Source: Acidobacteriota bacterium (GTDB taxonomy: Bacteria > Acidobacteriota > UBA6911 > RPQK01 > JANQFM01). Taken from it: a stretch of DNA of 64,000 bases. This document shows positions 56,947 through 64,000 of the stretch, in pieces (the first letter of the stretch is position 1; each line of letters starts with the position of its first letter). The notes under the pieces were generated by a model. That model worked only from the letters and a program-made list of their open reading frames with translations. It was not told where the DNA came from and ran no database searches. The DNA is taken from contig JBFKLX010000002.1 of NCBI GenBank assembly GCA_041630155.1, positions 3,769 to 67,768 on the forward strand, in the 5' to 3' direction. A program made the translations under genes and the position numbers.

Positions 56947-57367
56947 TCGCTCTCGACGCACACCCACCACAATCTGTGCCCAGCGGCGTAATAGGGTAAG
57001 GTATCTGTTGACCGCCCAGGAATCGACGTAGGCTCCGAAGAAAGCCAGCTGTGTCCCGCCAGAGCCGAAAACTCTTGATTCACTCTATCCTCCTATGTTA
57101 CATTTCCGGCAATCCTACATATGGGATTCTCTGGTTTTCTCCAGCGGGGAGGGCTAAGCCGCTGATCGACAGCGGGGAGCTTTCTCGATTCGACCAGAGC
57201 GTGTAGTTTCAGCTGGAGAGAGTTCGGTCCCCTGTGCCGATCGGTGAAGTTGGGTTTTCCAGCGCACCGGTCAGATACTCGCCAGATCGCCACCCGGGGC
57301 TCGCAGGCCTTCCTGCCAAACCTCACCAGCCTCTTTTTTCGGGTTTCTAACGAGAGGAGGTTCTCAA

Positions 57368-58861
57368 ATGAAACGGAAGAGACTCATATTCACGGGCTTC
57401 GCATGGCTCGCCGCGGGTCTATTGGTGGTGGCGCAGATCGGCGGACCGGCGCTTCCGGACGGTTTCACCCACGAGGAAATCGTGGAGGGCTTGAGCCAAG
57501 GCGACTTGTCGCTCAAAGAGGTGCGAGCGCGCGGCCTGGCTGTCTTCTCGACACCCTTCAACACCTTCGACGGCATGGGGGACGGGCCTTTCGACGAAAC
57601 CGAGTTCCCTCCCTTCGAGTTCGGACACCGCCCCACCCTGCAGGGAAACGGGCTGGTGCTGCGGGTCAACGGTCTGGATGCTCAAAGCTGCAATGAATGC
57701 CACACCATCGTGAGCAATCGGACTCAACCCCCCACTTTGGGGCTGGCAGGCATCGGGGGGATCGTCCAGAACGCGATCATCGTGCCCACGTTGATCGACG
57801 TGGCCGACTCCTTCGATGATCGCGTCTTCTTCATGCCGGGTCACGACCCGTCGCTACCGCTGGAATTCGACGGTGTTGCCGACTACAACGGCCGCTTCGC
57901 CAATCCCCCATTCCTGTTCGGTGGCGGAGGCACGGAGCTGCTGGGCAAAGAAATGACCAGTGATCTGCAGGAGCTGCTGGACATCGCTCAGGACTCTCCT
58001 GCGGGTACGACGGTCTCTCTGGACACCCACGGAGTCAACTTCGGCTACCTGACCAGCCTGGGGGGTGGGGAGGTCGACCTGAGCAACGTCGAGGGCATCG
58101 GCTTCACTGACAACGACGCCCACGATCCGGAAGACGTTCTGATCGTTCGGCCCTTCGGACGCAAGGGCGAAAACTTCAGCATGCGCGACTTCGACCGTGG
58201 AGCCATGCAGTTTCACTTCGGCATGCAGCCCGTCGAGGTCGTCGGTGCAAACTTCGATGAAGACGGGGATGGCGTCGAGAACGAGGTGACGGTTGGTGAA
58301 ATGACGGCGCTGCACATCTTCGACGTCACCAATCCTCGGCCCTTCATGAAGCCACTTTCGGACGCTGCGGAGAAGGGTTTCCGCCGCTTCCGGGAGATCG
58401 GCTGCGCCTATTGTCACCGGCCGTTCCTGGAGACCCAATCGCGCTTCCTGCCGCTGGCTCATCCCGAGGTTCCGGACGATCCCTGGGCCAACGTCTATCT
58501 GGAAATCGACCTGGTCAAAGTGGGCTTCGAGCCTTCTCCCAACGGTGGTGTGTACGTCCCCTTCTTCGCGGACCTGAAGCGCCACGACATGGGAGACGGA
58601 CTAGCGGAGACCTTCGAGCGGGGCGAGATTCCCAACCGGGAATTCACCACGGCACGGCTCTGGGGAATCGCCGACACGGCCCCCTACATTCACGACGGCC
58701 GGGCCACTACGCTCTTCGAAGCGATCGAGGCCCACGGCGGTGAAGCCGCCTCGGCGCGCAACGCTTTCTTGGCGCTCAGGAAAAACCAACAGCGCCAGGT
58801 GATCCGGTTTTTGATGAGTCTGCGAGTCCCACGAAAACCGAACGAGGAGCTGTTAAAATAA
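57368..58861 (+). CDS. DUF1111-family di-heme cytochrome c (putative peroxidase/thiol oxidoreductase)
   Basis: Strong RBS, GAGAGGAGG. Signal/TM N-terminus. Two CxxCH haem-binding sites, 'CNECH' and 'CAYCH', spaced as in DUF1111 proteins. Confidence 0.75.
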   Translation: MKRKRLIFTGFAWLAAGLLVVAQIGGPALPDGFTHEEIVEGLSQGDLSLKEVRARGLAVFSTPFNTFDGMGDGPFDETEFPPFEFGHRPTLQGNGLVLRVNGLDAQSCNECHTIVSNRTQPPTLGLAGIGGIVQNAIIVPTLIDVADSFDDRVFFMPGHDPSLPLEFDGVADYNGRFANPPFLFGGGGTELLGKEMTSDLQELLDIAQDSPAGTTVSLDTHGVNFGYLTSLGGGEVDLSNVEGIGFTDNDAHDPEDVLIVRPFGRKGENFSMRDFDRGAMQFHFGMQPVEVVGANFDEDGDGVENEVTVGEMTALHIFDVTNPRPFMKPLSDAAEKGFRRFREIGCAYCHRPFLETQSRFLPLAHPEVPDDPWANVYLEIDLVKVGFEPSPNGGVYVPFFADLKRHDMGDGLAETFERGEIPNREFTTARLWGIADTAPYIHDGRATTLFEAIEAHGGEAASARNAFLALRKNQQRQVIRFLMSLRVPRKPNEELLK

Positions 58862-59112
58862 GCCCTTGGCTCGTGACACCGGCCCGCCGCCGGTGATCCG
58901 TTGGTCGTGAGACCAAGCCTCCCAGCCGGTGATTCGGGGCCCTCGTGTTCACTGCTGACACCGGCCGTCGAGGCCGGTTTGGTGTGCACGCGGACGGCAT
59001 CGTGCCCACGGTCCCCGGGACGGAAGGCAATCGTCAGCTCTTTCTAAGGGGCTTTCGCCAGGGCCTTTTGCTCCCGGAATGCTGGCGAAACGAGGCTTGG
59101 AGGTATTCCAGC

Positions 59113-60672
59113 TTGGGATGCAACGCGCTCAACTCGGCAGGTCAGCGAGTTGCGTCACTGCTGTTGCTCGGCCTGAGCACGTGCAGCTTTCCTGCGGGCG
59201 AGCCGGCCACTCCGGAATCCCCTTCGGGCGTCCGTACTCCGTCCCCCCGGTCCCAGTCCGAAAAAGCCGAAACTCCCTTGATCGAAGCCGTTCGCTCCGG
59301 CAACGAGCTTCTGGCGGAGCAACTCGTCTCTCGGGCCGAAGCCGACGGCCGCGGACTGCATGGCCGGACTGCCCTCATGTACGCTGCAGCCGGGGGCAAG
59401 ATCGGGGTAGTCCGTCGCCTCCTGGAGGCGGGAGCCGATCCGCACCTGACGGACGACTCGGGCAACACGGCGCTCTTCTTCCTCCCCCAGGAGGACGACC
59501 CGACCATCGCGCGCCTGTTGGTGGAAGCCGGCGCCGACGTCAATCGGACCAATCGATCCGGAGCGACTCCCCTTGTCACGGCCGCCCGGCTCGGTCACAC
59601 CGAAATCGCCCGCTATCTGCTCGAGCAGGGGGCGTCGGCTCGTGGCGACCCTGCCATCCTGATCGAGGCGATGCGCAATGTTCGCCTGGAGACGGCTCGG
59701 CTCCTCTTGGAGTCCGGCGCGGCGCCCAATCCGGCCCTGAAGGACGGCCGATCGCTGCTGCACGAGATTGCCGAGAGGGGCGAGCTGGAAGCTGTTCGGC
59801 TCCTGCTCGAGCGCGGGGTGGTGCCCGATCGTGAAGCCCCTGCTGACAGTTGTTGCCCGGGGCAGACCCCGCTGATGGCCGCGGCGGCCAACGGACACCG
59901 GGAGGTCGTCTCCCTCCTTCTCGAACGCAGAGCCCGTCCCGACGGCTCGAGCCAGGCCCGCACTACCCCGCTCCTGCTGGCCATCGGTGGCGGACACCTG
60001 GAGGTCGTGAGGCTGCTCCTGAAGGCAGGCGCGAACGTCGACCGACGGGGACGGGAGGAGTCACGCCCGACACCACTCTTGCTCGCCGCCATGGAGGGCC
60101 AACCCGAGATCCTCCGGCTGCTGTTGGACGCCGGTGCCGATCCCAACGCCCGCAACCGCCACGGCGTGACACCTCTGATGTTTGCCGCTTTCCATGGACG
60201 GACGGAGACGGCCCGCCTGTTGCTCCGGCAACGGGTCGAGTTGGAGGCAGTCAACCAGGACGGCAACACTGCCTTGATGCTGGCGGTCTTCCGGCGCCAC
60301 GCTCCGGTGGTGAAGTTGCTGCTCGAGCGGGGAGCGTCCGTCGATGTTCGCAACCACATCGGGGGGTTCGGCTTCGTCAGCCCACTCATGCTGGCGGCCG
60401 GTCGCGGCGATCTGGAGATCGCACATGACCTGCTGGAGCACGGCGCCGCCCCCGACCAGTTCGACGAAGTGGAAGAGCTGGGGCACATCAGCCCACTCAT
60501 GCTGGCGGCGCGCCGAGGGTTCAACGACCTCGTGACCCTGCTGCTGGAGCATGGAGCCGATCCGGGACTCCAGGACGACAGCGGCCAAACCGCGCGCGAC
60601 TGGGCGCGCCAGAACGATCGACCGGAAGTCGAGGCCATCCTGGAGCGTGCCACCCGAGAGAGGCCGAGGTGA
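59113..60672 (+). CDS. Ankyrin-repeat lipoprotein (at least 12 ANK repeats)
   Basis: Repeated 'G.TALM.AA..GH.EVV.LLLE.GA..' units. Putative lipoprotein signal with lipobox 'LLLLGLSTC'. A TTG start with an upstream GGAGG is proposed, since there is no in-frame ATG upstream of the signal peptide. Confidence 0.7.
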   Translation: MGCNALNSAGQRVASLLLLGLSTCSFPAGEPATPESPSGVRTPSPRSQSEKAETPLIEAVRSGNELLAEQLVSRAEADGRGLHGRTALMYAAAGGKIGVVRRLLEAGADPHLTDDSGNTALFFLPQEDDPTIARLLVEAGADVNRTNRSGATPLVTAARLGHTEIARYLLEQGASARGDPAILIEAMRNVRLETARLLLESGAAPNPALKDGRSLLHEIAERGELEAVRLLLERGVVPDREAPADSCCPGQTPLMAAAANGHREVVSLLLERRARPDGSSQARTTPLLLAIGGGHLEVVRLLLKAGANVDRRGREESRPTPLLLAAMEGQPEILRLLLDAGADPNARNRHGVTPLMFAAFHGRTETARLLLRQRVELEAVNQDGNTALMLAVFRRHAPVVKLLLERGASVDVRNHIGGFGFVSPLMLAAGRGDLEIAHDLLEHGAAPDQFDEVEELGHISPLMLAARRGFNDLVTLLLEHGADPGLQDDSGQTARDWARQNDRPEVEAILERATRERPR

Positions 60673-60724
60673 CGGGACGCCTGAGACGGGCGCGCCCGCG
60701 ACTCTCTTGCTTCTTCCCTGCCCC

Positions 60725-63700
60725 CTATTCGATGACCTGGGCCGGAACGGCCGAGAGATGGGTCAAGGCGGAGTTGCCGAAGAGCTGCTGTCCCACCAGG
60801 GGCTGGCTGGAACGCACCAGAACGTATCCTCCCGCCTGGCCCGCCGAGCGCGGCACCAGCTCCGGCAGCAGCCGTGACAAGCGCTCTCCCCGCTTCAAGG
60901 TCAACCTGCTTTCGCCCGACAAGCGGCCCTCGGCGGTGTAGTCCTGAAGCACCACCTGTGCATCCGCTTCAGACGGATTGTAGAGGGCCAGGCCCGTGAA
61001 GAAATCGCGCAGGTTGGCCACGTGGCTGAACACGGCCTCTTTGAAGGGCCGGCCGTCCAGATTCAGCGCGGCGGCGAAATTCATGTTTTCGGGGTCCCCG
61101 AAGAGCAGGTTGCCGATCAGACCCGGACCGTCGGCTTCGGCCCGCAGGGAGCCGACTCGCGTGGAGGTCGCAGGGAAACCAAAGAGCGTGGCTGCGTCCG
61201 ATTCGATCGAGTCCCCCGGTGGTAGCAGCAAGGTGACCGGGTCCGCCAGCGGTGACCCGTCTGGGGCCACGGCGTGCAAGGTGACCCGGCGAAGCTCATC
61301 CGCCGTGTTGATCAGTTTGAGGTTGGAGAAGATATTGGACCCGCTGGCCAGCTGGGCCGAGTAGAGGTGTCCGGTCTGTTCCGGCGTGACTGCGTTGAAG
61401 GCCACCAGCGTCTCCGGATCGTCCAGGCGGATGAGTTGAAACCCGATCAGGCTGCCCCGCTCCTGGGCCACCTCTACCTTGACGTGGGCGCTGGGGTAGT
61501 CGGCCCAGGCGAAGTAGCGAAAGCGGAGATCTTCTTTGTGCAGGCCATAGGCCGGGAGATTGACCCACCAGACGCTGGTCTCGGGAGCGTACTCGGGGGA
61601 GCGGTCCTTGGCGATCAGCGTGAGTTTGACCGGGACGGAGTATCCGTTGGGGTTCACCAGGTAGAGCTCGTTGAGGGCCGTCTTTCCCCGGAAGCGATTC
61701 TCTCCCATGGTGATTCGCGGGAAGTAGAGAACTCTCGAAGGCTCTTTCTGGGCAATCGCCCCGTCCAACCCGTCACCATGCTGAAAGAGGAAGAAGCTCC
61801 CGGTGGTGGCCGTCTCCGACCCCAGTTCGAACCAGAAGTTCCAAAGGCTGTCGGCTCCGAAGATCTCTTTGCCCAGCCTGGCCCATTGAGACCGGGGTTG
61901 CAGGTCCAGTAACCGGTGGTTGCTGGGGACGACGTTGGGATCACCATCGGCGTTGTAACCCCTCAGCCTCAGCCGGACCGGCTGGGCCGCGGGGTTGGAA
62001 ACTGCGAAGCCGGTGAACCTCCGGTAGTTTTCCTCGATGAAGGGAAAGATCCAGCGCACCGGTGAGCGGAGCTCCGCGGCCGAGGGGGGCGTTCCCCGGG
62101 TGCGGGAGTGCAGCTTGGACATCGGGAAGAGGACGACCTCTTCGGCGGTGCTGACGGCGAGCTGGTCGTCGCCCCAGATCAACAGGCCCGTGGGAGGCTC
62201 CGCATCGTCGATCAGCAGGACTCCCACCCGCAGGAAGGTGTGGATGTCGTAGGCTTCGACGAGCAGACGCCGGTCTCCGTAATTGCGCCGCCCCAGGTCT
62301 GCCAGGAAATAGACCAGACCCCGATCCAGGTCGGGGGCAATGAAGTCGGCCCAGTAGAACTCGTCGCTGTACAGGTCCACGGCAAACCGTCCCAGGCTCT
62401 CCTGGGATTTGGCGTCGATGATCACGGCGGCGGGAGTGAAACAGAGATCGTACTGGCAACGCATCTGGTCGGTGGAGAACACCATCGGGGTCACCCCCGA
62501 GGTGGCCGACAGCAGTTCCACGCCTTGGTCGGTGACGGCCAGCTCGCGGAAATTGAGGAAGCCATAGAGCGACCTGCCCGAGCCGTCCCACTGGATCGAC
62601 TGAATCTGCGTGTCGTAAGGGAGTTCGGAGGTCGCCCGAGGGCGCTTGCTCGGCCCGTCGAAGACCGCCACCCCGTGGGGCACGATGTACTCCGGATTTC
62701 CCGGCAAGGCAGCTCGGGCCACCACGAACGATTCGGGTCGACCGGGATAGGCGAGGATCTCATTGACCCGGGTCGGACGCCGCCCCCAACCCGTATCGGC
62801 TTCGTCGTAGAGGGGGATTCGGAGGTCGGGGACGAGATCCTCCAGCCGGACCCGCTGGACGGCCCAACCCGAATACAGTCCGGCGTACAGGTACTGGCCG
62901 TTGTCGGAAATCGCCATTTGCCAGGGGTCCGAACCGATCCAGGTCGGCATTCCCACGCGGCCCCGGACGGGGTCGATCGGCACCAGGCTGTTCCCGATCG
63001 TGGAGGACCAGTTGGGCGTGCTGGCCAGGATCCTGTTCCGCTCGGCGTCGTAGACGATGGCGTTGTTTTGGAGCGCAATGCGGCGAATCTCGCCGCTGAG
63101 CGGCTGATCGGGTGGCCGCTGCCAGGCGGGCACCTGCTGAATCAGGGAAATGGGGAAGAGGGTGATGAAGGGATTCTCCGGCCCGAATCCTCCCATCGCC
63201 AGTACCGGACCGCAGAGTACGGTCTGCTCCGGGGTCCAGGGGACGTGGACCGGACCGTAGAAGGACTCGAAGTATCCGGTCCTGCGAAAAGTCGTCCGGT
63301 CGAACTCGGCCAGAAAGAAGTCATAGCCCGAGCGGGTAGCGAAATAGACGCGATCCCGTTCCCAGTCGATGGCGAAGGAAGTGGCGAAGAGGGCCTCGAA
63401 GCTGTAATAGCGCCCTTCGATGGTCCGTTGCACGGGGTCCACGACGCGACCCTTGCTGGTGTAGAGCAGGCCGTCTCGGAACACGAGCCGGGTGACGAAT
63501 CCGAAGAACAGACCCACCACCGGCCCGCTGCTCACCGTGATTCCCTGGCCGTCGATCTTCAGCCCGTAGAAACGGAAGGCATCGTTGGACCCGTCGTATC
63601 CCCACAGAGTGCGCGAATCCGCTCCGAAACAGAAGCGAACGATCCCCAGGCCGGGCGCAAGGATCCTGGGTCGCATGACACCATCGTCGAACACCGCAAG

Positions 63701-64000
63701 TGCGGCCAGACCCGGTCCGAAACCCTCCTGGCCGACACTCGCGACAATCGAGGTGGGCCGGTCCGGAAAGACGTGAATCTCGACGATGACCCGGTCGGAG
63801 ACGCCTGTCGCTTCCGTCGAAAACACGAGATCCCTGGTGAAGGTTCGCAGGTCGACTCTGACGATGTTCCCACCCACCAGGCCGGCGTAGAGATAGCGCT
63901 CGTCGCGGGACATGGCGAGAGCCCAGGCTTCGGCTTCCAAGGGGAGAGACCGGCCCAGGGCACCCGTGCTCGGGTGGACGACGGTGATGGTGCGGGGACG
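60725..64000 (-). CDS. Very large (more than 1,090 aa) beta-propeller/beta-sandwich repeat protein, 5'-partial (N-terminus lies beyond the window)
   Basis: The ORF stays open in frame to the window edge. Repetitive 'YAGL..G', 'DG..LY', 'G..VFD' beta-propeller-like segments are followed by C-terminal beta-sandwich-like repeats. Confidence 0.7.
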   Translation of the reverse strand, partial: RPRTITVVHPSTGALGRSLPLEAEAWALAMSRDERYLYAGLVGGNIVRVDLRTFTRDLVFSTEATGVSDRVIVEIHVFPDRPTSIVASVGQEGFGPGLAALAVFDDGVMRPRILAPGLGIVRFCFGADSRTLWGYDGSNDAFRFYGLKIDGQGITVSSGPVVGLFFGFVTRLVFRDGLLYTSKGRVVDPVQRTIEGRYYSFEALFATSFAIDWERDRVYFATRSGYDFFLAEFDRTTFRRTGYFESFYGPVHVPWTPEQTVLCGPVLAMGGFGPENPFITLFPISLIQQVPAWQRPPDQPLSGEIRRIALQNNAIVYDAERNRILASTPNWSSTIGNSLVPIDPVRGRVGMPTWIGSDPWQMAISDNGQYLYAGLYSGWAVQRVRLEDLVPDLRIPLYDEADTGWGRRPTRVNEILAYPGRPESFVVARAALPGNPEYIVPHGVAVFDGPSKRPRATSELPYDTQIQSIQWDGSGRSLYGFLNFRELAVTDQGVELLSATSGVTPMVFSTDQMRCQYDLCFTPAAVIIDAKSQESLGRFAVDLYSDEFYWADFIAPDLDRGLVYFLADLGRRNYGDRRLLVEAYDIHTFLRVGVLLIDDAEPPTGLLIWGDDQLAVSTAEEVVLFPMSKLHSRTRGTPPSAAELRSPVRWIFPFIEENYRRFTGFAVSNPAAQPVRLRLRGYNADGDPNVVPSNHRLLDLQPRSQWARLGKEIFGADSLWNFWFELGSETATTGSFFLFQHGDGLDGAIAQKEPSRVLYFPRITMGENRFRGKTALNELYLVNPNGYSVPVKLTLIAKDRSPEYAPETSVWWVNLPAYGLHKEDLRFRYFAWADYPSAHVKVEVAQERGSLIGFQLIRLDDPETLVAFNAVTPEQTGHLYSAQLASGSNIFSNLKLINTADELRRVTLHAVAPDGSPLADPVTLLLPPGDSIESDAATLFGFPATSTRVGSLRAEADGPGLIGNLLFGDPENMNFAAALNLDGRPFKEAVFSHVANLRDFFTGLALYNPSEADAQVVLQDYTAEGRLSGESRLTLKRGERLSRLLPELVPRSAGQAGGYVLVRSSQPLVGQQLFGNSALTHLSAVPAQVIE

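Noticed and set aside
57290-57345. Rho-independent terminator upstream of the DUF1111 gene
   Set aside because: The GGCAGG/CCTGCC hairpin is real, but the T-run lies about 20 nt downstream rather than directly adjacent, so it is not a canonical intrinsic terminator.

Overview
The window is a high-GC (about 65%) stretch of bacterial chromosome, most consistent with a Gram-negative soil bacterium (Acidobacteriota-like, uncertain). It is mostly core metabolism and envelope genes. From 5' to 3' it holds an EAL-domain fragment, a DUF309 protein, a PhoU-like regulator with a Na/Pi cotransporter, a ChaN-PDZ protein, an amidohydrolase, proB, an AlaC-like aminotransferase, an SDR, TPR proteins, a GH3 beta-glucosidase, pyruvate phosphate dikinase, thrS, a TlpA-like redoxin, nagA, a short-form transketolase, ComEA, the prepilin peptidase PilD, an M48 protease, nnr and tsaE. 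These are followed by an orphan gspH-I-J-K-like minor pseudopilin operon, a second GH3 with an unknown N-terminal domain, and a four-gene 2-oxoacid:ferredoxin oxidoreductase operon in which the delta (4Fe-4S) subunit is fused to a GltD-like NAD(P)H/FAD oxidoreductase. Next comes a roughly 4 kb islet (39.7-43.8 kb). It consists of 1.67 kb of non-coding DNA packed with repeats: an AT-rich 45-bp element in two copies, an 18-bp tandem triplet, and 11 same-orientation copies of the 12-mer TGCCCTGTCCCC. The islet also holds a secreted Kelch beta-propeller protein and a lower-GC, Cys-rich small secreted protein. After the islet come an SDR, a MqnC/MqnE-like radical SAM, a lipoprotein, a membrane protein, a heterodimeric ABC exporter pair, a polyprenyl glycosylphosphotransferase, a PIG-L deacetylase, a DapA-family lyase, DUF3592 and DUF1700 membrane proteins, a DUF1111 di-heme protein paired with an ankyrin-repeat lipoprotein, and the 3' part of a giant beta-propeller protein. 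No rRNA, tRNA, CRISPR array or recognisable transposase was found by eye. Alternative start sites were derived from residue positions in the supplied ORF track; coordinates of repeats and motifs were hand-counted and may be off by 1-2 bp.
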